This document shows, one piece after another, positions 54,590 to 62,987 of a DNA stretch of 64,000 nucleotides. Made by a program: the position numbers and the translations under genes. A model generated the notes under the pieces. It was not told the origin of the DNA, made no database searches, and was given only the letters and a program-made list of their open reading frames with translations. The stretch is from Candidatus Saccharimonadota bacterium. GTDB lineage: Bacteria > Patescibacteriota > Saccharimonadia > Saccharimonadales > Saccharimonadaceae. The stretch's first letter is position 1, and each line of letters opens with the position of its first letter. The stretch lies in assembly GCA_009777625.1 (NCBI GenBank), contig WRLL01000002.1, positions 563 through 64,562 of the forward strand, written 5' to 3'.

Positions 54590-54862
54590 CTAAACCCTTC
54601 CAAACACAAAGTTAGTAATCGCAAAGGCTGCTACAACTACAACTAGCCCAATTACAGCGTAGAGAATGGTCTGCATGGCTTTCTGAGCCTTAGCCGGATC
54701 ACCGTTAGCTGTCAGATAACGGTAGCCAGCCATGATTATGAAAATTACCGCCACCATACCTAGAATAAAGTATGCGAGATTCAAAATGTTAGTCATCAGC
54801 CGGTCGCCGGAAACTTTCGGAACGTTGACATCTATTGCTGCGAGTAATCCAAGTACTTTCAT
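54590..54862 (-). CDS. VirB2/TrbC-like T4SS pilin paralog 3 (short, minimal N-terminus)
   Basis: 90 aa with the AGYRYLTANGDPAKAQKAMQTILYAVIGL core. The start overlaps the upstream stop (ATGA). Confidence 0.7.
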   Translation of the reverse strand: MKVLGLLAAIDVNVPKVSGDRLMTNILNLAYFILGMVAVIFIIMAGYRYLTANGDPAKAQKAMQTILYAVIGLVVVVAAFAITNFVFGRV

Positions 54863-55326
54863 GCGCCCAACCTCCCGACAATAAAGCTAACAATAATGGC
54901 CGATATCATAGCAATGACCGCGCCGATGACGGCCTTCAAAATTGTGTCTTGGGCCTTTTTGGTTTCTTCGGGTTCGCCTTGGGATGTAACGTATCTAAAG
55001 CCGCCATAGATAACATAGCCTACTGCCAAAATGCCGACGATACGCAAGGCGATGTCAACAATGTTCAGAACGACAGTAAAGATAATGACGTTTACCTGGA
55101 GCTCGCAATTGCCATCTTTGCCTCCTTTGCCTGGGACATTGCCCAGGCCTCGGTACCAAGTTGGGAAACCAAAAAAGTTGGCGTCAGAGTCAGCGGCGCC
55201 GGGGATCACTTCGCCTGTGCAGGGAGCATTTCTAGCTACAGCGCTGACCGCCGTTGGCATAGCAATCATCAGACCAGTTGCGCTAAATGCAACTATGGAT
55301 AAACTTATTATAAATTTCTTTATCAT
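54859..55326 (-). CDS. VirB2/TrbC-like T4SS pilin paralog 2
   Basis: AGGAGG SD before ATG 55326. Signal peptide MIKKFIISLSIVAFSATGLMIAMPTAVSA, a 2-Cys segment and the GGFRYVTSQGEPEETKKAQDTILKAVIG core. The ORF-track extension to 55521 overlaps paralog 1. Confidence 0.75.
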   Translation of the reverse strand: MIKKFIISLSIVAFSATGLMIAMPTAVSAVARNAPCTGEVIPGAADSDANFFGFPTWYRGLGNVPGKGGKDGNCELQVNVIIFTVVLNIVDIALRIVGILAVGYVIYGGFRYVTSQGEPEETKKAQDTILKAVIGAVIAMISAIIVSFIVGRLGA

Positions 55327-55730
55327 GAAAGGATGCCTCCTGGCACCAGGAAATTCAATGCTGCCCACATAATGAAGTATAGGACCAACCCGATAACAGA
55401 ATTCCTGATAGTGTCCAGACCTTTTTTCGATTGTTCGGGGTTTCCGCCACTGGTGGTGTAGAGGATCGCTCCATAAATTATGCCACCCAGCACAGCGATT
55501 GATACACCAATAGCCATCCAATTGACGATAGTGATAAGTAACGGTGTAATCTGTTCTGGGTTGCCTGAATCACAGCCCCAGTCAAAGAAAGTGTCCACAC
55601 CGCAGTTACGGTTTCCGGTCGCAGCCGAGACGCCTTTTGCGGTCAACAACGCTGCGGCAGTCACAGACAACGGCCCGCCAAATCCAAACACCCTTGATGG
55701 CAAAGAAAGCTTCAAGTGTCGTTTTAGCAT
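55323..55730 (-). CDS. VirB2/TrbC-like T4SS pilin paralog 1 (most divergent)
   Basis: Signal-like N-terminus, a 2-Cys segment (NCGVDTFFDWGC) and the two-TM core ILYTTSGGNPEQSKKGLDTIRNSVIGL. Confidence 0.65.
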   Translation of the reverse strand: MLKRHLKLSLPSRVFGFGGPLSVTAAALLTAKGVSAATGNRNCGVDTFFDWGCDSGNPEQITPLLITIVNWMAIGVSIAVLGGIIYGAILYTTSGGNPEQSKKGLDTIRNSVIGLVLYFIMWAALNFLVPGGILS

Positions 55731-55736
55731 GACTTT

Positions 55737-55765
55737 ATCATAAACGAAATGACGGGCAAATGCAA
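55737..55765 (-). promoter_or_regulatory. leaderless promoter of the pilin array (TTGCAT-N17-TATGAT-N6-ATG)
   Basis: On the minus strand, -35 TTGCAT is at 55765-55760 and -10 TATGAT at 55742-55737, with the ATG at 55730. Shares ATTTCGTTTATGAT and AGTTGCAT with 32217-32247. Confidence 0.6.
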
Positions 55766-55777
55766 CTGTTTATTGTG

Positions 55778-57406
55778 TTAATCAGACAAGCTCAAGTTGC
55801 GTTGCCGCCAAGTCACAATCCCAATAATTGCCAAGGCCAACGCAATCGACGCGATAATAAATAGCGGCAGCATCTTCACGGCTTCCGCTGGTACTGGGGC
55901 AGTGTAGTGCAGCGGCGAAAAGTTGTTCAGCCATTGAGGCAAATTCACCAAGCCGCCGATCCACGACACGAACGCCACAAAGCCGAAATAAACCCAAGTT
56001 ACCAAACCAGCGGCGCGTGGCAACAACCCGAACAGGCAAACATAGCCAGCGGAAAATACCGCAACAACAGGGAAGTAGCTTAACGCCGCTAAAATGTATT
56101 CAGAAATCTTGACACTCTCGCCACCGAGATTTGTCGCCAGCCCCAACGTAAACCCAGCCGCAATCAACATCACCAAAACCCCCGCCAACACCACGAAGAA
56201 ATGCCTCAGTAACCAGCCAATCCGCGGCAATTTCGTCGCCAACAAATTCTCCAAATATCCGGCCGATTCCTCGCCGCGCAATTTGCCCGAAGCCTGAACC
56301 GCGTAGGCCATCGTCATCAAAATTATGATCATAAGCATCGCCGACAGGAACACCGGAATCTGCGCGCCGGTGCCGCCCATGGCGCTGATGACCTGCGCGA
56401 GCTGCGGCGAGCTATCGTAGACGTGGCTCATCTGGGACACCAACGCGCCACAGATCGCCGCCATGGCCAGCACGCCGACCAGCCAACCGAGAAAAATGTT
56501 CTTTTGTAAGTACCAGGTCAAGCCTAATGCCGTTCGACGAAATACCGAAGCTCGCGCACGACCTCTTCTGGACGGCAACAATCCAGCGCCAACGTCGCGA
56601 TGATTCAACATGACAAAGGCGATAGGGATCAAGACAACGGCGCAAAGAATCGGAATTAACAGCGGCCACCATTCAGGATAAGTCAGCGAGCGCGTCGCCT
56701 GAATCCAGCCAAATGGCGACAGGTAAGAAATCCAATGCGGCTGTACTAAACCGCTGGCATCGGCCTGTCCCAAGAAATCGCCAATACCCCTTAACAAAAA
56801 AGTTACGCCGATCAAGCCCGCCAAAATCCCGTTGGCCGACCGCGCGCTCTCGACCAACTGCGCCACGACCAACGCGATCGCCGCCCAAGTGAACCCGAGC
56901 AGCGCCATGCCGGAGCTGTACAACAGTACCTGCGAGTTCGACCATAACGCGCCGCCGTCGGATAGCGCAATCATGCCAACCGCGATTATGGCTCCCAAAA
57001 CCAAGTTCGCGAAAAACGCCACAATCATGACCGCGACAGAGCTGGCACCGCGATGCACTCTGGCGCTCATGATCAATTCCTGCGCGCCGATTTCCTCGTT
57101 CTGCCGCGTGTGCCGCACGACCAACAGCGTGTTCATGAAAACGACCGCCAGCCCCCACCACAGAACCGTCTCGATCGTGAACAGCGCGCCAAACGTCGGC
57201 GCGTCCATCATACCTGTTAATAACAATCCCGCCGGGTTTAATTTGAACGTTTCATATAAGGTTTGCAGCGATTCCGGCGTGCCGTAAGTATTCTTCAGCA
57301 GAGGAATCATCCAGAGCAGGAACAGCGAAATACCGAGAATCCAGATTGGCAGTTTGACGCGGTCGCGCCGCAGGATTAATTTTATAAGTTGCCAGGTGCC
57401 AGTCAT
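55778..57406 (-). CDS. ABC-2-type exporter permease (about 12 TM helices)
   Basis: 542-aa highly hydrophobic ORF. Last gene of an ABC ATPase / Zn-ribbon / SDR / permease operon with overlapping stops and starts. Confidence 0.7.
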   Translation of the reverse strand: MTGTWQLIKLILRRDRVKLPIWILGISLFLLWMIPLLKNTYGTPESLQTLYETFKLNPAGLLLTGMMDAPTFGALFTIETVLWWGLAVVFMNTLLVVRHTRQNEEIGAQELIMSARVHRGASSVAVMIVAFFANLVLGAIIAVGMIALSDGGALWSNSQVLLYSSGMALLGFTWAAIALVVAQLVESARSANGILAGLIGVTFLLRGIGDFLGQADASGLVQPHWISYLSPFGWIQATRSLTYPEWWPLLIPILCAVVLIPIAFVMLNHRDVGAGLLPSRRGRARASVFRRTALGLTWYLQKNIFLGWLVGVLAMAAICGALVSQMSHVYDSSPQLAQVISAMGGTGAQIPVFLSAMLMIIILMTMAYAVQASGKLRGEESAGYLENLLATKLPRIGWLLRHFFVVLAGVLVMLIAAGFTLGLATNLGGESVKISEYILAALSYFPVVAVFSAGYVCLFGLLPRAAGLVTWVYFGFVAFVSWIGGLVNLPQWLNNFSPLHYTAPVPAEAVKMLPLFIIASIALALAIIGIVTWRQRNLSLSD

Positions 57407-58068
57407 TGCTCCTCCTTTATCTCATATTTCCGATTGACAACAATCTCAGAAATTTCAACTGTTCGCGGAGTTTTCAGAACTTCATAAAGCATTTTCGCGA
57501 CATCAGCAACCGGTGCCCAATTTTCTGGGTCAGCAATTTGCTTATCAATTTTCTCTGCCATTCGCGACAAGAAACCGCCCGGCACAAAACTAATCGCCCG
57601 TGCTCGTGAACCTTTCAATCGCTCTGATAAGCCAAGCGTAAAACCACGAAGCCCCCATTTGCTACTACTGTAAATTGGCTGCCGAATGTCGCCGCGTGTC
57701 GCGGAAGTAGAAATTATATTCACGAATTCACCGCCTTCTACGCGAATTTTATCAAACAGAAGATTTTCCAATAAAATTGGACCCATCGTATTTGTCAAAA
57801 ATACTCGCGAGATTTCCGCAAAATTATTTTCGGTTTCGCGAGCCATAACTCCCGCACAATTCACCAGCGAAATCTCACCGTCGGTTTTCGCGATTTCATT
57901 TGCGGCTTCGCGAATTGAATCTTCATTAGTTAAATCCAGTTTTAGAAAATCAACTTCGTAATCTGGTTTCGTTCGCGATAACCCAACAACTTTTTCGCCA
58001 TCTTCTAGTAAAAGTTTCGCGAGCTCACAGCCGAGTCTGTCGCTTGCGCCAGTGATAAAGTAAATCAT
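57403..58068 (-). CDS. short-chain dehydrogenase/reductase (SDR)
   Basis: TGxxxxxG (ITGASDRLG) and YxxxK (YSSSK) motifs. Confidence 0.85.
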   Translation of the reverse strand: MIYFITGASDRLGCELAKLLLEDGEKVVGLSRTKPDYEVDFLKLDLTNEDSIREAANEIAKTDGEISLVNCAGVMARETENNFAEISRVFLTNTMGPILLENLLFDKIRVEGGEFVNIISTSATRGDIRQPIYSSSKWGLRGFTLGLSERLKGSRARAISFVPGGFLSRMAEKIDKQIADPENWAPVADVAKMLYEVLKTPRTVEISEIVVNRKYEIKEEQ

Positions 58069-58349
58069 TTTTCCGACCCTTGCTTATTCCACCGCTTCAT
58101 TTTCTTCAGCTGCATCGGATACATTTTCTTAATCATAAATTTCATCGGCTTGCTCATCTCGGCATTTTCATCAATACCTTGCAGCCCGATTTTCAGCATT
58201 TCTTCCATCGTGATATCCGGGTTGGTGAACTGGCCGTTCGCGAAACAAAAATGACAATATTCTTGGTTTTTCGAACCGTCCGCGTTAGTGCCGAAATCCT
58301 CCGGCTTTTCCAGCGGCATGGCGCAACTTTGACAAAAAACCTTGCTCAT
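58065..58349 (-). CDS. zinc-ribbon domain protein
   Basis: [13 protein letters not shown]...YCHFCF four-Cys ribbon. ATG 58349 overlaps the upstream stop (ATGA). The ORF-track extension to 58472 was rejected. Confidence 0.6.
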   Translation of the reverse strand: MSKVFCQSCAMPLEKPEDFGTNADGSKNQEYCHFCFANGQFTNPDITMEEMLKIGLQGIDENAEMSKPMKFMIKKMYPMQLKKMKRWNKQGSEK

Positions 58350-59077
58350 TTTTCCTCCTCCTCGTATTTGCTCAGGAACAGCTGATCCAAATTCTCGTGC
58401 TCGCGTTTCAGCTCGGCCAGGGTGTAAACGGCGACGGTTTTGCCTTCCTTGATGATGGTGACGCGGTCGCACAGCGTTTCGGCCTCTGACAGAATGTGCG
58501 AGGACAGCAGGACGGTTTTGCCGTGTTTTTTCAGCGCGAAGATTTCGTCCTGGAAAACTTTGCCCATCAGCGGGTCGAGACCTGACGTTGGTTCGTCCAA
58601 AATGTAGAGCGGGACATCTGATGCCAAGGCTGCGACCAGGGCGACTTTCTGGCGATTCCCTTTGGAATAAGTTCGGAATTTCTTGCGCGGGTCGAGTTGG
58701 AATTTAGCTAGTAATTCTTTGCGCCTGTGTTCGCTTAAACCGCCACGTAAATTGCCAAGCAAATCAATAATTTCACCGCCGGTCAGATTCGGCCAAAAAT
58801 TCACATCGCCTGGAACATAGGCCAACTTTTCGTGAAGTTTGACAGCGTCTTTCCACGGATCCTGGCCGAATAACGTAACGTCGCCAGAATTTTTCTTAAG
58901 CAGTCCTAGGAGAACCCGAATCGTGGTCGATTTTCCAGCCCCGTTCGGCCCGAGGAAACCATGAATTTCACCTTTCTGAACGCCCATGTTGAAGCCGTCC
59001 AACGCCTTGACCGCGCCGAAATGTTTGACAAGTTTGTTTATTTCGATCACCAGATTAATGTTGTCATTCTGTGGCAT
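58346..59077 (-). CDS. ABC transporter ATP-binding protein
   Basis: Walker [10 protein letters not shown], an ABC signature region and Walker [13 protein letters not shown]. Confidence 0.9.
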   Translation of the reverse strand: MPQNDNINLVIEINKLVKHFGAVKALDGFNMGVQKGEIHGFLGPNGAGKSTTIRVLLGLLKKNSGDVTLFGQDPWKDAVKLHEKLAYVPGDVNFWPNLTGGEIIDLLGNLRGGLSEHRRKELLAKFQLDPRKKFRTYSKGNRQKVALVAALASDVPLYILDEPTSGLDPLMGKVFQDEIFALKKHGKTVLLSSHILSEAETLCDRVTIIKEGKTVAVYTLAELKREHENLDQLFLSKYEEEEK

Positions 59078-59139
59078 ATTCCTCCTTTGATCATTGTGAA
59101 AATTATAACGGTAATGGCTATTAAAATCAAGAATGAAAG

Positions 59140-59148
59140 TGGTAAAAT
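59140..59148 (+). promoter_or_regulatory. extended -10 promoter, leaderless (PAP2 gene)
   Basis: TGgTAAAAT at 59140-59148, followed by 6 nt and ATG 59155. Confidence 0.55.
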
Positions 59149-59154
59149 GGCTAT

Positions 59155-59790
59155 ATGGAAAACCGCCGAACTAAAATTTCTGCACTAATTGTCGTTGGTT
59201 TATCGGCGGTTGTCTTTATGGTTTTAGCGATTTTGGTCAAATTGGGCAAGTTCGATACATTGAATTACGAAGTATATGAGGCGATTGCGACGCTGATCAA
59301 TTCGACGCTGACGAGCGTGATGATCCTAGTCAGCTTTTTGGGTGAATGGTATGTTTGGTTGACTTCAGCGGTTATTTTGACGTTGATCGCTAAAACGCGG
59401 GCCAATTTCGGGTTGCCGACACTACTTGCAACTGGCGCAGCAAGCGCCGGGGCAGTTCTTTTGAAAAAGATTTTTATGATTCCACGGCCACATATCAATT
59501 GGTTGATCCAAGAGGTCGGCTACGGTTTTCCCAGCGGGCATGCCATGATCAGCACGGCGTTTGTGGCGGTGGCGGTTTACTTTTTCTGGCAGTCGCGTGT
59601 GCGAAAATTATGGAAGATTCTTTTGGTTATCATCGGTGTGTTGTGGCTACTGGCGATCGGCTTTTCGCGGATTTATCTTGGTGTGCATACTTTATCGGAT
59701 GTAATGGCGGGCTTTGCGGCTGGCCTGGGCGTGGCGACTGCGACAGTTTATCTCAAAATGATTTTTCAGGTAGTGATCCGGCGCCGGTAA
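59155..59790 (+). CDS. PAP2-family phosphatase (undecaprenyl-diphosphatase-like)
   Basis: KxxxxxxRP (KKIFMIPRP), PSGH and [12 protein letters not shown] motifs, with about 6 TM helices. Confidence 0.85.
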   Translation: MENRRTKISALIVVGLSAVVFMVLAILVKLGKFDTLNYEVYEAIATLINSTLTSVMILVSFLGEWYVWLTSAVILTLIAKTRANFGLPTLLATGAASAGAVLLKKIFMIPRPHINWLIQEVGYGFPSGHAMISTAFVAVAVYFFWQSRVRKLWKILLVIIGVLWLLAIGFSRIYLGVHTLSDVMAGFAAGLGVATATVYLKMIFQVVIRRR

Positions 59791-59796
59791 AATTCG

Positions 59797-59805
59797 TGTT
59801 ATAAT
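59797..59805 (+). promoter_or_regulatory. extended -10 promoter of the tRNA-like/tRNA-Pro transcript
   Basis: TGtTATAAT at 59797-59805, about 9 nt before the tRNA-like element. Confidence 0.5.
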
Positions 59806-59813
59806 CTTAAATA

Positions 59814-59884
59814 TCTGGGTGCGGCGCAGTTGGTTACGGCGCCAGTCAACTGGGTGCGGTGCTCCGCACCATCAGTCACGCAGA
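59814..59884 (+). other. tRNA-like element: copy of the tRNA-Pro acceptor/D-arm 5' part fused to a long hairpin
   Basis: CTGGGTGCGGCGCAGTTGGTTACGGCGCC parallels the tRNA-Pro 5' part CTGGGTGTGGCGCAGTTGGTAGCGCGCC. Then comes ACTG-GGTGCGG-tgct-CCGCACC-at-CAGT. The 3' CACGCAGA pairs with the 5' TCTGGGTG (7 of 8 bp). No anticodon or T arm. Confidence 0.35.
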
Positions 59885-59901
59885 TTGTCAGATTCGGATG
59901 G

Positions 59902-59977
59902 CTGGGTGTGGCGCAGTTGGTAGCGCGCCGCGCTGGGGGTGCGGAGGTCGCAGGTTCAAGTCCTGTCACCCAGACCA
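59902..59977 (+). tRNA. tRNA-Pro (anticodon GGG), CCA encoded
   Basis: Manual cloverleaf. Acceptor CTGGGTG/CACCCAG; D arm GCGC-AGTTGGTA-GCGC; anticodon arm CCGCG-CTGGGGG-TGCGG; T arm GCAGG-TTCAAGT-CCTGT. Confidence 0.88.
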
Positions 59978-60124
59978 CATTTAAGCACTTGCGTTATGCA
60001 ATATGTATATGGTAAACTTACCGGGTAGGTATTGTAAGTGGGGAGGTGCGAGGTGAAGAGATTATTATATTATGTGCTTGGCAAGAAGAGGCAAGTGAAC
60101 CAAAAGAAGTCTAGCGGGGGCACA

Positions 60125-61231
60125 ATGCATATCAAAGCCGCTAGGCGTTTGTCAACTGGCCTAATGTCAATTGCTGTGGCAGTAGGAGCATTTGTGGCTG
60201 CGTTGCCACTGTTGACGGCCAATGCCGCGGCACCAACAGTTTTGAGCGTAACACCGAGCGGCACGGGCGCTGCCCTGAGCGGTAACGTGGTGATTACCTT
60301 TAGCGAGGCGATCGACACAGGGGTTACGGGAACAGTACAGCTGAACGCTCTGACACCTTTGTCTGGCGGGTCATGGGACGCGACCGACACGGTCTACACG
60401 ATTCCTTACAGTGGGTTGTCATACAGCACAGCATACACGGTAAACATTTCCGGGTTCGAAGACGTGGCGACGAACACCACCATGACGGCCGATAGCAGCA
60501 ACAGCTTTACGACAATGGCGGCACCGACGCCGGTGATTACGATTAATACTCAGCCGACGCCAACTACCACTGTGACAGAGGGAAGTATAACGGGTAGCCT
60601 GTCAGTGGCGGCCAGCGTAACCGAGAGCGCGACGTTGTCTTACCAATGGTACGAGAATGGCTCGGCCAGCAATGTCGGTGGTACGGCAATCCCGACAGAG
60701 ACCGGCGCCAGCTTTACGATTCCGACGACTTTGACCTCGGCGGGATCACCGTATTACTATTATGTCGTGGTTAGTGCGACTGGCGGAGCGACCTCAGTGC
60801 CGTCCGACCCGGCGACGGTTAATGTCGATGCTGTGCCGACATACTTAGTAACAGTTGATAGCGCCGGCACCGGCGCTACTGGTAGCGGTAGTTTTGCGGC
60901 GGGCGATGTGGTTAGCATCGACGCTGGAACACCACCGGCGGGCAAACAGTTCAAGGAATGGACTTCATCAGTGCCGGTGGTATTTGCTGACGCGACTAGC
61001 CCGACAACAACCTTCGTTATGCCGGCGGGCGGTGTTACTATCACAGCGGTGTTCGAAGACGTTGCGACGACACCTCCGGTTGGCGGTGGCGGGATTGGTG
61101 CACCTAGTGCCGGAATCTTTTCTTCGGCTGCTGGGCGAGCGACGGTAATATCAATTGCCGGGGCTTTGATGGCTGTTGGTTCAGTGGCATTCTTGGGAAG
61201 AAAGAAGATCAGTCAACTTTTCAAGCGATAG
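60125..61231 (+). CDS. cell-surface protein: signal peptide, SbsA/Big-type Ig-like domain, Listeria/Bacteroides-type repeat, C-terminal TM anchor
   Basis: Signal peptide ending LTANAAAP. An Ig-like block follows (VLSVTPSG...VVITFSEAID), then a YQWY block and a KQFKEWTS...VMPAGGVTITAVF repeat. The C-terminus is hydrophobic and ends in RKK. Confidence 0.65.
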   Translation: MHIKAARRLSTGLMSIAVAVGAFVAALPLLTANAAAPTVLSVTPSGTGAALSGNVVITFSEAIDTGVTGTVQLNALTPLSGGSWDATDTVYTIPYSGLSYSTAYTVNISGFEDVATNTTMTADSSNSFTTMAAPTPVITINTQPTPTTTVTEGSITGSLSVAASVTESATLSYQWYENGSASNVGGTAIPTETGASFTIPTTLTSAGSPYYYYVVVSATGGATSVPSDPATVNVDAVPTYLVTVDSAGTGATGSGSFAAGDVVSIDAGTPPAGKQFKEWTSSVPVVFADATSPTTTFVMPAGGVTITAVFEDVATTPPVGGGGIGAPSAGIFSSAAGRATVISIAGALMAVGSVAFLGRKKISQLFKR

Positions 61232-61246
61232 ATAATCTTGAAAAAG

Positions 61247-61278
61247 GAAAGAGCGGGCGAGAGCCCCTCTTTCTCTTG
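61247..61278 (+). terminator. probable rho-independent terminator
   Basis: GAAAGAGCGGGC-gaga-GCCCCTCTTTC followed by TCTT. Confidence 0.5.
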
Positions 61279-61378
61279 TGTTGTAACAATTCTACGAATT
61301 GATGTAGCATTTCGGCGTATCGTAAGCCGTGCAGAAGTAAGATTTGACAGACTCGTTCTCGTTGAAATCAACTAAGCC

Positions 61379-61407
61379 TTGAATTATTTTGCTATTACTT
61401 TTAGTAT
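61379..61407 (+). promoter_or_regulatory. promoter TTGAAT-N17-TAGTAT, leaderless (trehalase)
   Basis: TTGAAT at 61379-61384 and TAGTAT at 61402-61407, followed by 7 nt and ATG 61415. Confidence 0.5.
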
Positions 61408-61414
61408 ATAAGCT

Positions 61415-62932
61415 ATGCGACGAGCGATTGTTTCTAAGTTATTGCCTGATCCAAAAAGCCCCGAAGAATTACTGGGCGAACTATTCGCGCACGTCCAGAA
61501 AGCGCGGATTTTTCCCGACGGTAAAACCTTCGCCGACATGGTGCCGTCGCGTGAGGCGCTGGCAATCAGGGACGAATATGATCTGGGCAAGGATGATCCA
61601 GACTTTGACCTGACAGAATTTGTGGCGCGGCATTTTTACGAATTCCAAACCGATGGATCAGCCGATTACCAGACTAATCCGAATGACACGATGGCAGAGC
61701 ACATCACGGAACTGTGGGATGTTTTGACACGCAAGGCCAACAAGGATTATGGCTCGCTGATCGCTCTGCCCAAATCGTATATTGTACCGGGCGGACGCTT
61801 TCAGGAGCAGTTTTATTGGGACAGTTACTTTGTCATGCTGGGCCTAGCGGCTGACGGCCGCTGGGACATGATCGAAAATATGATCGGCAATTTTGCCTAC
61901 ATGATAAAGCGGCTGGGATATATTCCGACGGCTAATCGGACGTACTTTTTGTCACGCAGCCAGCCGCCGTTCTTTGTTCATATGGTGCGGCTACTGGCCA
62001 ATCACTCGGGCGACAAAATCTGGTTGAAGTATCTACCGGCGCTGCTGACCGAGTATCGTTTCTGGGTTAAGGGTTACCGGCGCCTAGATAAAGAAGTTTC
62101 GGCGGTGAACCGTGTAGTGCGAATGCCGGGCAGCGAAGTTCTGGCGCGTTATTACGATCAAAGGAAGGCGCCGCGGCCGGAATCTTTTCGCGAAGATGTT
62201 GTAACCAATGCTGAAACTGAGCGGGAGATCTACCTGCATCTGCGTGCCGCCGCCGAGAGCGGCTGGGATTTCAGTTCGCGCTGGTTGGATGATCCGGACG
62301 ATCTAGCGACGATTCGAACAGCTGACATCGTAGCGGTAGATTTGAATTGCTTGTTGTACGATCTGGAAATTGCAATTGCTGAAACGTACGGCCTTTTGAA
62401 ATCCTTACCCCTGCAAAAGAAATTCCAGAAAAAGGCCGACAAACGCCGCGCGGCGATTGATCGGTACTTTTGGCATCATGATGACGGTTTCTACTACGAT
62501 TACGATTTTGATCGCGGCCAGCAAACAGGGCGGGCGACGTTGGCGGCGGTATTTCCATTGTGGTCGGGTGTGGCCAGCGATGAACAAGCGCGTCGTGTAG
62601 CTGAAAGGTTAGAACAGGATTTCTTGGTCAAAGGTGGGCTGCTGACAACCTTGGTCGATTCGGGTCAGCAGTGGGACGCGCCAAATGGCTGGGCGCCGTT
62701 GATTTGGGTGGCCGTCCAGGGCTTAAGAAATTACGGCTACAACGATCTGGCCGAAGAAATCAGAAAACGTTGGTTGGCCATTAACGAGAAAGTTTATCGT
62801 GCCACTGGCAAAATGGTTGAAAAATACAATGTTCGCGATTCGGACAGTCTGGGCGGCGGCGGGGAATATCCGCTGCAGGACGGTTTTGGTTGGACTAATG
62901 GTGTAGCGCGGGCTTTCTTGGCGGAAGAATAA
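61415..62932 (+). CDS. treA: alpha,alpha-trehalase (GH37)
   Basis: GH37 signatures PGGRFQEQFYWDSYF and QWDAPNGWAPL. Confidence 0.9.
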   Translation: MRRAIVSKLLPDPKSPEELLGELFAHVQKARIFPDGKTFADMVPSREALAIRDEYDLGKDDPDFDLTEFVARHFYEFQTDGSADYQTNPNDTMAEHITELWDVLTRKANKDYGSLIALPKSYIVPGGRFQEQFYWDSYFVMLGLAADGRWDMIENMIGNFAYMIKRLGYIPTANRTYFLSRSQPPFFVHMVRLLANHSGDKIWLKYLPALLTEYRFWVKGYRRLDKEVSAVNRVVRMPGSEVLARYYDQRKAPRPESFREDVVTNAETEREIYLHLRAAAESGWDFSSRWLDDPDDLATIRTADIVAVDLNCLLYDLEIAIAETYGLLKSLPLQKKFQKKADKRRAAIDRYFWHHDDGFYYDYDFDRGQQTGRATLAAVFPLWSGVASDEQARRVAERLEQDFLVKGGLLTTLVDSGQQWDAPNGWAPLIWVAVQGLRNYGYNDLAEEIRKRWLAINEKVYRATGKMVEKYNVRDSDSLGGGGEYPLQDGFGWTNGVARAFLAEE

Positions 62933-62987
62933 ATTTGCCAAACGGATTTTTTTGGTGTACAATTATTACACATGAGAGGAGAGTCTT

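Noticed and set aside
55327-55521. 65-aa N-terminal extension of pilin paralog 2 (ORF track 54859-55521). Similar over-extensions occur at 58350-58472, 32210-32245, 7478-7510, 5047-5148 and 43982-44035.
   Set aside because: Each extension overlaps the upstream gene or a repeat or promoter. Each lacks an SD and precedes an internal Met with a proper SD, signal peptide or leaderless promoter.
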